Of a stretch of 64,000 nt of DNA, positions 24,596 to 37,472 are shown in pieces. Position 1 is the stretch's first letter. Every line of letters begins with the position of its first letter. The stretch lies in contig JASVEC010000026.1 in the NCBI GenBank assembly GCA_030770535.1, forward strand, positions 496,001 through 560,000, given 5' to 3'. Position numbers and translations under genes: made by a program. The DNA is from Batkoa obscura. Taxonomy: Eukaryota. Below the pieces are notes generated by a model that saw nothing but the letters and a program-made list of their open reading frames with translations, was not told the origin of the DNA and searched no databases.

Positions 24596-24701
24596 GTATG
24601 GAGGTGTCTTTTTTTGTTTGAGAAATCTGCTAGCATTTTTTTCACTCAATAGCGCTTAAAAAATGGAAAAAGTGATGAAATCAAGAAAAACACCCTCATA
24701 T
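24596..24701 (-). mobile_element. MITE copy 7
   Basis: GTAT-GGAGGTG...CACCCTC-ATAT, reverse orientation. Confidence 0.85.
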
Positions 24702-25262
24702 TTTAAATAAAGATTGAAGAGGTTTAAAAAACTTATTAGACCAAATAACTGAATATTCAGCATTGATCACATTCATCATTTTTAAAGTATTGTTTAAATC
24801 TTAATATAAAAAATATCTTTAAGCAGAAAATACAAACTATTTTTGATACTTCTATATGGGTTAAGTATGGACAAAGCTTTGTGTAAATATTAGAACTGAC
24901 ATGACGTTTTAACTAAACCTTTAAAATCATGTTTAGAACAGGTTATGCTATGGTAAATCAAGCTGATTTTTAGCCATTTGTTCGTGTCCTTTTCTTTCTG
25001 TTTTTTATAATTGAGCTATTGATTTTTGTTTTGAGGAATGTCTTTTAAAAGAGAACCTCGGGAAAAGGATATTACCCCATAGCAAACATAAATCAAGATA
25101 TAAAAATGATAAATCCGCAATTAAATGTATGCTTAAACTTGTAGTTTAAGTTATTACTAATAAAAGTTATAAATTATTATTAAAAATAATATAAAATAGT
25201 ACGATAAATCCATTTTTTATTAATTGAAATAAAACAACAAATTCAAATAACTTTCTATCTAA

Positions 25263-26168
25263 CTACCAACATTTAATATTGATAAAAAACTTCTTCACTT
25301 CGTTTGAAATACCTGTATGTAATATTAAAAAGAAACTTGAGTTTGCAAGAATACCGATTAGAAACATAATTTCTGCAAGTTGATTCATAACAAGAATAAT
25401 TGGATTTACTTTACCATAAATATAATGAAAAATGCTTTCTAATAAGTGAAATAAAAAAGAACCAAACATACAGGTGGTATAGATGGCCAAGATTGTATAT
25501 AATTTAAGAAAAACTATATTATACTTGGTGTTTTTATCACTTATAGATTGATTTGAATTACAACTCATTTCAATTTCAACAAATTTTTGCATACTCGTTA
25601 TATTTCTAGCTAATTTATAATAACAATAAGTTATTATTATTATCCCAAAAAAGAAGCTAAAGATTGAATAATAATATGTGGTTGCTCCAATGGCTGAATC
25701 AACTACAGGATACATGCATATTAACTCAGTAGCAGATGGTACCATTAAACGTTGGGATACGCAGTAGATTGATAATCCAATAAAAATGAACCCGTTTAAA
25801 TGTATCGGTAAATACACATACCTTGGCAATTTAATTTCGGAGATTTTACATAACCTTTCCAAGGCTAAAAATACATTGATTTGAATCTCATAATAATAAG
25901 CTGCTCCTATAACAAATCCAAGGATTTGACAACCCAAGTTGATATCAATCAACTTTACGCCATGTATAAAATAATATAGATAATCAATGGAAGTCACTAA
26001 GGGTGCACAAAGCTCTACTGAGGCTACTGCTATGATCAATTTTAAATCTCTTGCCAATGGCTTGACTTTAAAACAGAAATAGATTAAGAAGGTGTTTAGA
26101 AAGACTGCTGCGAATGCCAAAGCTATGATAAGGTAGTTAGTTGAAAAGAGAGGATCGTTTTTATCCAT
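25263..26168 (-). CDS. Seven-transmembrane, rhodopsin/class-A-like GPCR, intronless
   Basis: Seven hydrophobic segments; TM1 Asn (VFLN), Cys at top of TM3 (LGCQILGF), LALERL (DRY-like), ECL2 Cys (LICMYP), TM7 ANSSFFL. Confidence 0.8.
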   Translation of the reverse strand: MDKNDPLFSTNYLIIALAFAAVFLNTFLIYFCFKVKPLARDLKLIIAVASVELCAPLVTSIDYLYYFIHGVKLIDINLGCQILGFVIGAAYYYEIQINVFLALERLCKISEIKLPRYVYLPIHLNGFIFIGLSIYCVSQRLMVPSATELICMYPVVDSAIGATTYYYSIFSFFFGIIIITYCYYKLARNITSMQKFVEIEMSCNSNQSISDKNTKYNIVFLKLYTILAIYTTCMFGSFLFHLLESIFHYIYGKVNPIILVMNQLAEIMFLIGILANSSFFLILHTGISNEVKKFFINIKCW

Positions 26169-28661
26169 TTAAATAAACAGGTTATAAAATTAAATCTTTT
26201 AAAAAAATTCGAAAAAATTAAAAATGCCTATTTATATAACAAAGGCTTATAATCATCCTTTTTATAAGAATTTGTTATTCTAATTTTACTGTATCAAACT
26301 TTTAAAACCTTCCTTTAAAATCATATTTTTCATTAAAATTTAAAAATGTTTAAACAAAACTACTTTACGTATGAAGTTCATCCAAAGGCAGAGGTTATTC
26401 AAGAAAAATCCAATAACATATATAATAATGCTAGAATTTTAAAGGTTTCTAATAGCATGTATCAACTAGAATATTTTTTAGTTGAAGATAAAATCAAAAT
26501 AGATTAATTGAATTAAAGACCAATCAAGCTTCTAACCAGGCTCTATTTTAAGAATAATTGATGGGATCGGACTCAATTGTTAAGTTGGAGAATTTTTACG
26601 ATGTTTAATAAATGAAGGGTCTACTCGAATCTCAAATTCGTTTATTTTTAGTTATACTTTAATTTTTGCTATTATACTAAATAAAGGTTAAATTACATCC
26701 TCTATTGTGGAGTCGTTATATCAAACGTTTAAAAAAGCACCATGAGGTCGAATACTAAACATTTAAAAAAAATTTAACAGCTATAAATTATCTTTTTTTA
26801 TTTATGTCCAGCATAATTTGATTTTTTTCAACTCTATATCTATAATGAAAGGTATAATTTATTTAAGAATATAAAAGCACTGAGGAACTTTAATATAGAA
26901 CATTAAAAATATATTTTAATATTAATAATTTCAACAATTCTGTTATAGCAACAGCGCCCTTGAAAAAATTCTGTTGCGAAAAATGCTTGTACTAATTGAC
27001 CACTAAACCTATTCAAATTGATTAGCTTGATAAATAAAACGCTTGCCCAGAAAGATTCAAGATTTCAAAAAAAAAAACTCTCTTTAACCAATAAGTTCCT
27101 TTCTAGCGTTATCAAGGATGTGAACTTTGAACCCTAACTAGTTTTGTAAAATTAGAAATTATTTTGTTAGGTCTTTCCGCAAGTTTCCATGATTTTGGAC
27201 AAATCTTTTATAGTAGGAGTATAATTTGCATCAGTAAATAATTTACATAAATAATTTTGTTTTATCCAAAATAGAAGAAACTTTTGGAAAAGCCTAGAAC
27301 AGTTTGCAGTTGGATGTCTTCTGTTTCTGATTTCTTTTCAACTATTTTTGAAATTAAGAGCTATGTTTTTTTGTAGTTATTACACATTTTTACATATTTA
27401 TCAACAATGAAGCTTCAGATAACTAGAAGCAAAAAACTTAAAAAGCTATAAATTCTAGTATTTTGTTAAGTTTTGTGATTTTTTGCTTAAAATTGTTTAA
27501 TGCTTTGGCTTTATACATTTGTAAAAATATGCACTATATTCAAAAAAACTAAGCAAAAATTAGAAAATTAGGACATTTAACTGCAACCTGTCCTAATAAA
27601 TCAAAAGAAAGAGTATAGAGTAAAGGAGTGACTTTTGTTAAGATTTTTAAAAGGACTGTAATTGAAGCAGGAAAGAAGCGATGGATTAATGAAATACTTT
27701 AAGTAATCCCGGCTTGACTTTATAACTGTTTCTAGAATCACGTTCATTAAAGTCATAATAAAATGGGTAGGTTATTGCCATTGGGAGTTGAACAAATGTC
27801 TACCTTTTCCTGGTAAAAAATATTTATATTGGAATTTGAAGTGATGTACAATATAATTTATAATATTAATATAAAACAATTCATTTTCTAAAATGATTTT
27901 TAATTTATGGCTTACAAATATATTCAATTGAATTAATTTTTATTATTTTTTTTGAAAGGGATTAGCTCCAATTGTCTTGTTAATTAAAATAACATACTAA
28001 ATGCTAAGGCTAATTAGCTTTAAGGACCACGTCATTTAATGGGGCTTTTCTAGAAGTTTCGGAAGAGGATCTAGCCTTTTAAGATCTTTGGTAGATGTAG
28101 AGAAGCAAAATAAGATTCATTTTGTTTTTACTCTCGATATGGCTTTCATAGAATGGAAAGTGCGTTGCGATTGAATGGGAGTAATGAAACTGCCAGTGGA
28201 ATAAATTGTACATAAGACAAACCCTTTATCCAAGTTTCATAACCCCATGGAAGGGATAGAAGATATTTCTTAAGGGGATACCTTAGTAAGTAAGCAGATA
28301 ATGGCAGAAAAAGCAGCTGTGTGATTTAGAAGTAAAAAAGGCAAAAGACAGAAAGAAATAGCATCACAAGTTTAACACTGAGGCACAAAAAGTAAGTCTA
28401 TATAAATACCATAAGTCCAGTGATAAATAATAGTACCATTTGGTTTCAATGGGTTTAAACTTTCCAATGACGTTTATTAGAGTAAAGGCTATATGATTAA
28501 ATTTTTGTAAATTGCTAAAGGTTTAGAGTTAAGGTTTTAGCTAACGAAAAGCTGATAAAAGGGGTTGGCAGATAAAGCAGATTTATGTAAAAATAAATAT
28601 ATTTGTTTTTATCAGGGGTGTACGCTATAAACTTATTTAAAATTTATATTGATCAGATGCA

Positions 28662-29157
28662 TGTGAAATATTGGTTTATCAGCTCTCGGATTAGTTATAA
28701 CATAATAATCATTTAACTTGTTTACAAAACTAGTTATAGTCTTGTAATTAATTTGACCGTGGTCCATGTGGTATAATCAATCCAGAGTTCCTTGTTTTGA
28801 TTTACTGCGAGAGTTTCTAACTTCATATTACAAAGAATATAATCCTCTCGTTTTGATATCCATACTTGTTGGAGTATAAAAAAGATTCTTCAACATGATA
28901 ACTCGAGGCTTTTTAACTGAATTACTCCCTGATGTTGTACCATTAATAAAGCCACTAAGTCTTTCTGACGATATCTTACGTAGATTTTACAGTAGTATTT
29001 TCTATTCTATTTGTTTTACATAATTCATAACCTATTACACACTATTCCTACTAATTTAAGTCTATCTTAGTTATATAAACTAAGACCGTTCGACTCAAGA
29101 CAAGTTAATCAAGCAAGAACTGCTTTTAACTCCTACCACTGAGTACCAACTTTCACA
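28662..29157 (+). mobile_element. Solo-LTR-like unit A (496 bp)
   Basis: TGTGAAA...TTTCACA termini, internal TATAAAAA (~28875) and AATAAA (~28945), flanks TGCA/TGCG, no PBS after 3' end. Confidence 0.75.
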
Positions 29158-29900
29158 TGCGTTATATTTTTTATAGGAGGATAGTAACTTTTCGAAGCTC
29201 CGGAAGAAAAGGCTATCGGATTTAGTGACAAATGGGCCAAATATTGATTTAACTTTTATTGTCAAAAGAATAATAGTTGTAAATATAACGATATATTTTT
29301 TTTATTTAATTTTACTAACAATTGTTCTTATTAAATGTTTAATAGATATATAATATATAAATATATAGTCATTTAACTTTGCTTTTTATTAAGATAAAAA
29401 CAAAATTTAGGCTTTTATAACCAAACTTTAAAATAAAAATTTTAGAAATTATAATATAATAAGGAAAAGCATACTATATAAACGTTGTAATTTATTTACA
29501 TTAGTTTTGGCAATTATTTATAATAACCCAAAGTTTATAGCATTTTGTAATTTAAAAAAATTATTAAATTTTACTATTAGTAATAATAAACTTAATTAAG
29601 CAATGTATAAAATTAATGCTCTAAAGGGAAATAGGGAATAGAAACTAATAAATATTATTATTATCAACTATAGCTTTAGTATATTTTTTTGATAAATGTA
29701 AAAGTTTTGGATATAGTACAAATAGAAATTAAATAATTATTCAAAAATAACAATAAAGTATTAATATTATGACTTATTATTAAAAATGTAAAAAAAATTA
29801 AAAATAAACAAACTAAAATTGTTATATAATATTTATTTAATGATTCGATTATTTTATCAAGATTTGATAAAAATGATAAAAATAATAAAAATAATAAAAA

Positions 29901-30364
29901 TGTGAAAGTTGGTACTCAGTGGTAGGAGTTAAAAGCAGTTCTTGCTTGATTAACTTGTCTTGAGTCGAACGGTCTTAGTTTATATAACTAAGATAGACTT
30001 AAATTAGTAGGAATAGTGTGTAATAGGTTATGAATTATGTAAAACAAATAGAATAGAAAATACTACTGTAAAATCTACGTAAGATATCGTCAGAAAGACT
30101 TAGTGGCTTTATTAATGGTACAACATCAGGGAGTAATTCAGTTAAAAAGCCTCGAGTTATCATGTTGAAGAATCTTTTTTATACTCCAACAAGTATGGAT
30201 ATCAAAACGAGAGGATTATATTCTTTGTAATATGAAGTTAGAAACTCTCGCAGTAAATCAAAATAAGGGGCTCTGACTTGATTGTGCTTGAACTTGAGAA
30301 CACAGTAACATAAGTGGTTGTTGTGTTATAATCAAATCGAGAGCTAGTAAAGCAATATTTCACA
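29901..30364 (-). mobile_element. Solo-LTR-like unit B (464 bp), inverted relative to A
   Basis: Same TGTGAAA/TTTCACA termini; flanks AAAA/AAAA; 29901-30263 is the reverse complement of 28795-29157. Confidence 0.75.
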
Positions 30365-30515
30365 AAAATTTATTAAATAATATATATAATAAATAAAAGT
30401 AAAAAAATGATATATAGTAAACATTTTAATAATTTAAAAAATAAAACGGTAGCTAGATCAATATTTTTTAAATATATACCAAGTAATTTTAAAAATGTAG
30501 TAAAAAAACATATAT

Positions 30516-30619
30516 ATATGGGGATGTTTTTTTTGGTTTCATTACTTTTTCTATCTTTTAAGCGCTATTTGAGCGGAAAGATCGTTAGTAAAATTTTAAA
30601 CAAAAATACACCCCTATAT
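30516..30619 (+). mobile_element. MITE copy 8
   Basis: ATAT-GGGGATG...CACCCCT-ATAT. Confidence 0.9.
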
Positions 30620-30814
30620 AATACATGTGCCCAGTATATAATTAAAAAAAAGTTATTTAAATAAAATACAATAATAAACTATGTTATTATCCAGTATCTG
30701 ATAGATAAAAAAAGAGATATAGTTACAATTAAAGTTATAAAGTCTATAGAAAATAAAAAAATTAAAGATTAACCTTAGCTTATTTACAAAAATAATTGAA
30801 AATTTGAAAAGCAT

Positions 30815-30921
30815 ATTTGGGGATGTATTTTTTTGTTCAAGGATTTTACTAACAATCTTTCTGCTCAAAATAGCGCTTAAAAAATGGAAAAAGTAATGAA
30901 ACCGAAAAAACACCCCCATTT
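30815..30921 (-). mobile_element. MITE copy 9
   Basis: ATTT-GGGGATG...CACCCCC-ATTT, reverse orientation. Confidence 0.9.
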
Positions 30922-31283
30922 ACTAAATAGTTTATTAAATAATAGGAATCAATTAATAAATATTAATACTACTTAAGTTATTAATAGCTAAGTTAGTAAA
31001 TAGTCAAAGAGCATGTAGTTGTAATAATAAGTAAAAACTATTGTTACACTGCTTGTGTTACATAGGGATGGTTAATTATAGTTTTGGGGCTAACCACTTC
31101 CTCCCATGCAGGTATTTATTAGCTTAGCAATATATTAATAATGTAATTATAACATTAAAATTATTCATTTATTTGATAGTAAATCTGCAATGTTGGCTAT
31201 AAAGCAGTCAATAATAAATATTTTTCGATGAAGTTTTATAAGAACATGGATTTATTTACATACTACAACTTCAATTAATATCG

Positions 31284-31390
31284 ATATGGGGGTGTTTTTT
31301 TTGGCTTCATCACTTTTTCTATCTTTTAAGCGCTATTTGAGCAGAAAAATTATTAGCAAAATTCTTAAACATAAAAATACACCCCCATGT
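31284..31390 (+). mobile_element. MITE copy 10 (a terminal fragment also at ~31520-31551)
   Basis: ATAT-GGGGGTG...CACCCCC-ATGT. Confidence 0.9.
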
Positions 31391-32375
31391 ATAGGCTATA
31401 TTAGTAAAAGCCTTGCTAATCCGGAAATTTGTGTTAAACTTAATAGAAATTCCATTAACTTATAATATAAATTACAATAAATAATTTAAAACTGTGTTCG
31501 GATACTTGTTTTTTGATAAAAAAAATGAAACCAATTTGGACACCCCCATATTTAGAAATAGAAAAACGATCTTTAAGTTAAATAATAAAAAATCAAATTA
31601 GATCAATAACAATAGCACAAAATAAAACGCTTAAATATAAATAAAATGTCTACCTTTCTATATTTAAAGATAAATATGACTTTCACATATGGTAAGTTTT
31701 ACATCTTTAAAGAATTTGATTTAGCATTATGTAATAGAGCTTTGTTTATTTTAATTTTAATACTTTATTATATGTTTATTATTAAACTAGTATATAATTT
31801 CCCTAAAAGGTCGATTTATTAATTTAATAGATTAGATAATTTCTTTACTTATAATTCAAGTTATTTTTTCAATATTTATAACATTGAACATAAAGTATAA
31901 GTATCGGCTAAAGGAAACATGGTATTTATACAAAAAAAACTTCAATTGATTTAGCTATAAGCTGCAAAGCTTAACACTCATTCAGTATATTCAAACAAGT
32001 TCACTAAAAATGAAAAAATAATTTGAATTTGAGAAAATCCCAATTCACTAAAATAGTTAAAAGCTTAGCAATAATATTCTTTAAAGTTAGGAACTTTTAT
32101 TCAAATTGTATCTCTTTAGAACATATTGGTAAAAAATTATATTAATACTGTAAAAAAAGCCTAAATAATTTTTTCAAACTATTTATCAAACATATAAGCA
32201 TATATATGGACTATATAATAATTTTATTGAACATTTTGCCAAAAATGACTGAGATTGTAAATAATTATAGATTACACAATAATAGTATGAAAATTTAAAG
32301 CTTCACCAACAACTTATTTTATGATGGTAGATTGTACTTGTATTGAAAAGTTTTTTGTAGAACTTAAGAAATAAT

Positions 32376-32482
32376 ATATAAATATGTTTTTTTTGGTTTC
32401 ATTACTTTTTCCATTTTTTAAGCGCTATTTGAGTAGAAAGGTTGTTAGTAAAATTCTTGAACAAAAAAATACATCCCCATAT
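32376..32482 (+). mobile_element. MITE copy 11 (left TIR degenerate)
   Basis: Consensus internal sequence, right end CATCCCC-ATAT. Confidence 0.85.
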
Positions 32483-33643
32483 TCAATAATTTTAATATTC
32501 TTTAGTTATCTCAACCTTTTATATAATTTCTAATAATAAGTCTAAATTACTTGTATATTTTGAATATTATATATATAACATGTCAAGCCTTTGTTTCAAA
32601 ATAACATGTACATAAAAATACAGTAAAAAACTATATTTCAACTATAGCTTAATTTTATTTTACAAATTAAGTTTTAAAAATAATTTAACATTTTTAGATA
32701 CTCTCTAAAATACAACTTTCGAATTTTCCTTAGTAAAAAGTAACAAAATCTTATTGCTTTGATCACATGGTGATCAGTTTTCATATATTGATAATTACAA
32801 ATTCTACTTTATAGTATCAGATAAAAACAGGAATCAATTTTAATTAAGTATACAACTACTTGTATTTTTATTTTATTGTTTACTATCAGAAACATCATAA
32901 TTCTGAACTGTGGCTGTGTTTTTAATTTAAAAATAGTCCAAACAAAACAAATGGTTTAATTGGTATTGGTAATAGCATTTCAAACATATTAAATTCCCAT
33001 AGCAAATAAATGACTAAAAGGTAATAATTTATTCTGGCTTATTATTAGATCGAATAAGCACATCACAAATCTTTATTTTAAACAATTCATGTTAGAAAAT
33101 ATTCTAAATTTACTCATAATGATAATAATATACATCTATCTTGGCTACTTCTAACTCAGTGTTATATAGTTTTAACATATAAATCAATGCTGTAACTATA
33201 AATTAATGGCATTGGATAATAAAGGCAATCGAAATTTATATAATTCAAACTAATTAATTATTTCTAGTAAATGTTGTCAAGGGAGTTTTGCAACAAATGA
33301 AATGATTTCACGCTGCTTTTAATATGCATGGGTTCGTATATTTTTTTTCTAAATAGAAGAATGATTTCATTAGATGAACGTAGCGCACAGTTTTATTGGA
33401 GAAGACTAATAATGAATTGCCTTTACAGACCTAAGGTTGGTGCTATGAAAATAATTTCTATTTTTAATTTTACAGTTAAACAAATTAAAATTGATGAAAA
33501 TAAAATCAAACTTTATCTATTCATTTTTTGATTTAACTAAAATAGCTTTTTTGTTTATTTAATAAAGTAGTATTATAGCTTAGCTTTATTTAATAATAGA
33601 ATTAAACTCTTATACTCTATTTATTTAGTTAAGTTTCTTTCAA

Positions 33644-35669
33644 ATGACTGCAACGCATTCTTGCTTTTGGGCTTTGCTATCTTCTGAAGATTTCAGCTTC
33701 ATTTATATATCAAATAATGTACGAAGGCTAGAACCAGTTTTAGGTGTAAATTTTATTGGATCTCAGCTATATGGTATAGTATTGCCAACTGAAGTGCCAA
33801 GGATGAGGAAGGATCTTAACGTATTTAAGATTTCTTCTAGCTTTAATGGTGCCGCAATAAGGTACTTTTATTTTGTGACTATTATATATTTTCTAATTCT
33901 ATTTCAGATGTTCTGCCTACAACTTTGCAACTATCCAAGATTCAGCTCCTTATCAATATCAACGTCCACCGTCTTCCTTAGCTGCTTTAAACCTTCCTTA
34001 TTCTACCTACACATTGATGATACAAGCTATTACTTCTCAAGTAACTATGGCAATGTTTCATATTGATGAAGACTTTTTAAATAAGAAAATGGCCAATTCT
34101 AAGGTTGATTGCTTCCATAACTATGACCATTCAGTAAAAGATTTTGTTTCTTGTTTTTATTTTGTCTAATTTTTATAGGAAATTGAATTTGTCCGTCATT
34201 GTTTAGATAATTTTGAACTTTCAAATTTAAGCAATTTATCCTTAAATCCTTTTTCTGGTCAATCTATCCCAAATAGTCCAACTTATAGGGATCACACTAT
34301 TACTCCAACTAGATCCTTCCTTGTTTATGATACCTACACCCCACGTGTCATTTTAGCTTGGCCAAAAAACAGTTTCTCCAATTTAATTCAAAATGCAAAC
34401 CAAGCTGTACCAACTGAAGGACTAGACCTGTTATTGCATCGAATTGACTCTGAAAGGTTATACAAAGGGTTTAATGAATTTCTTCAAACTTACCAGTTGC
34501 ATCGCCGTATTTCATTCCTTTCACAAGTAGAAAATTATACTGGAGATCGTCTTGAACAAGTAATTTATTGCATTGGTAATATCGCTATTGCTTGCTCCCA
34601 AACAGTATCTGCTATCAATTATCAAGCACAACCGGCACCAAATTCACTTAACAATTCTCGTAGTCTATCGTTCTCTCGTGGACATGAATTGGTAATATTA
34701 ATTAAACTTTTGATACAGTTTTACTAACTCTTTTATTTAGAATAATGAATATGAGATACATAAAAAAATGTCAGCACCAGTATTGATGGATATGCAGAAT
34801 AATGGTAATGGTTTTTATCAACAGCCTCAACGAACTAGTTTGAATGTAAGTAAACATTATGGCCAAACATTACATCAAAATGATTCCCCTCAAACTCTTC
34901 ATCGTGTCAGGTCAACCACTCTGCTTCCAGTAGATTCAGGTGATGACTTGATTCCAAAAAAATCCGTTTCTAACGAATCTATGATCTATCATGTAAGTTA
35001 CTTTCATTTATATTTAATTGATCTGATTTTCTGCTAGAGCAATAGACCTAGAAGTACTTCTACCAGCGTAAAGGGGAGCAGTAAGTTATTTTCCTTCTTG
35101 CCCTCTTTACCCCACATCAATATGAATTTATTACCGCTTAAAGGGCGAAACAATAATAAATCTAATAGAAATTCTGAAGCTTCATTAGAAAAGCCTACTC
35201 TTCCACCTATATCTTATATGACACAATCAATGTCTCATCCCGAAAATCCAACTGTAACCTCTTTACCGAGCTTTAATCATTTAGTAGCATCTGGAGGATC
35301 AAATCAAGCTCCCTTGTCATCACCTCACAGTATGTACACTGATGGTTCAAATGGGTCCAAAAAGAATTCAATGTCACATATTAATCCCAACCAAGTACAC
35401 ATTCACAATGGTGCTGACCCAGCTTTGATATCACCATTGCTTACAAGTCCTGTTCGTCAATGTCTTTCTTGTCATACCACTAGCTCCCCAGAATGGCGCC
35501 GTGGGCCTAGAGGCCAAAAAACGTAAGTAATAATAGTTTTTGAATGACAAGTATTAAATTTTTATTTAGATTATGCAACGCATGTGGGCTAAAGTATTCG
35601 CGTCAACTTAAAGCGCTTCGAATGCAAAACCGCACTGAGGTTACTTCGAATGTTCATTTGACCAACTAA
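33644..35669 (+). CDS. GATA zinc-finger transcription factor with N-terminal PAS-like region, multi-exon
   Basis: CLSCHTTSSPEWRRGPRGQKT|LCNACGLKYSR (CX2CX18CX2C); N-terminal SCFWALLSSEDFSFIYIS; GT-AG introns. Confidence 0.88.
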
Positions 35670-37239
35670 AAGTGGGGACTTTTTAAGTATTTTTTTAAGG
35701 AATTCAACTTGTTTTGCAATTTTTTATAGAAGCTTAAGCTTCAATTTTAATCATTTTATTGGGATCCAAGAGATTCAATTTTTTAATTCCATTTGAGAAT
35801 GGGTTAAGTTTAATAGCTGGGCTTTGATTTCTTTTTTGATGTCTTTATCACGCTTTCATTTTTTGTTTTAATATAATATGCTCTAATTTTAATAACTTAT
35901 AATTTTGATGATATCTTTTTGTTCTTTTTCGAATCCCCTTTATTTAAAATGGTTAATTTATAATTTGAGTTATTGGTTTTTTTTATATCTGTTCTGGCAA
36001 TTTTACTATTGTTACTTACTTTTTTGTAACAATAGCTTTGAGAGCCTAATCACATTAACGAATTGCCATACTCTCATTGAATAACAAAATTATAAATAAA
36101 TTATGATATATTTATAGAATGCTATAAAATAGTTGGCATTTACATCAGATAGGATAGTTAAAATACCTCAAACTATTAAAAGTTGTTTAGTCAGCTATAA
36201 GTTGATATTGGAATAATTAATTTAATATAATCAAATTATTGAAAAGTTTTTGTTTACTTTTATTACTTGTCTGCGTGTTTTAACTCTATTAGTCACTTGT
36301 GAGCTTGGCACACTTTCAAGGATTTTATAAAAAACTATTATTAGTAATAAGGACTGTCGCAAAATACATGTTATTTTTTATAAATTAAAGTTTACTAAAT
36401 GTAGTAATTTTAAGTTTATTTAAGTTCCTTAGATTATGAGGGACATTGCTGGCGACATTTGTATAATAGTTATTCTTTATGTCAAAGATACATGATTGTC
36501 TCATGATGCTTTTATGGAATTATGAAAGTAATAGCGGGTAATGGAAAAATTGCAAAAGAAGTTTTTTTATCATTGTAAAGTGCCATTAATAACTTAGGTA
36601 AACTTTAAATAACCTTGACATTCTTTTTTGTTTATTAGTAATTTTTAAACAAACTTTAGTTATAGAATTAGAATCCATAAATCTATAGATGGGTTCAAAA
36701 TCTACATTGAACAAAATATTAGGCTTTCCCAAAATGGGTTCAATTTTCTGGTCATAAAAAATGCTAAAGTCATTGGTTGCAACAGTATATTTTTTTGCCT
36801 AGAACTATAATTATTTTGAAAGATGTGATATTACAGTTCTGTACTTTTATTCATTTTCTTTATCAAAAATCGATATGATAGGGAATCATGTATTTTTTTC
36901 AGTTTTTATTAAGGTTTAAACTAGCAGCATTAGAAGGCTAATTGAAAAAAGAGAAAACAATTTGAAGTACTTTTTTATTACTCGTTATTTTCTGAGTAAT
37001 TTAAATTTTTAAAATATTTTAGTTGATTTCTTCAATAGAAAAAAACAGCTCTTATTTCCTTAATGCTGTTTAATTAGCCTTTTTTATAACAAATCAGAAT
37101 CGGAAAAAAGTTGCGCCTTGGAATTAAATTTAACCATATTGTAAACTAAATAATATGTACATATTGTTATTATTTAGTATTTATATGGTAGTGATATTCT
37201 TTTAAAAAAGGCTACTTAGTTTAAATACGTTTAACGTGC

Positions 37240-37370
37240 TTTTGAGTTAGTGAGGAAGCTTGGAAGAGTGGGGAATTTGGCCAAATCACTAATAAATTTA
37301 TGCACAATCAAAAAATTGCAGTAATTTGGGCAGATCCTCCGCTTCTTCAAGCTTAACTACTAGCCCAAAA
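37240..37370. repeat. Imperfect inverted repeat/hairpin upstream of the 2OG oxygenase
   Basis: AAGCTTGGAAGAGTGGGGAATTTGGCCAAATCACT vs AGTAATTTGGGCAGATCCTCCGCTTCTTCAAGCTT, 26/35 complementary. Confidence 0.65.
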
Positions 37371-37472
37371 CAACAAAAAATTTGCATTTTTCTTACTTAA
37401 AAAATGACTACGAACTTAATGTCTATTTAAAAAAGCCACATTGAAATTTAAGCTCAATTTTTAACTTACTAA

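Noticed and set aside
28662..30364. One single long-TIR (Ginger/DIRS/foldback) element spanning both arms
   Set aside because: The outer flanks do not match (TGCA vs AAAA), each arm has its own TG...CA ends and approximate TSD, and the outermost parts are the most diverged.
30407..30919. Short ORFs 30407-30664 and 30653-30919 (also 61444-61686 and 61656-61844)
   Set aside because: Largely translations through MITE copies; no coding evidence.
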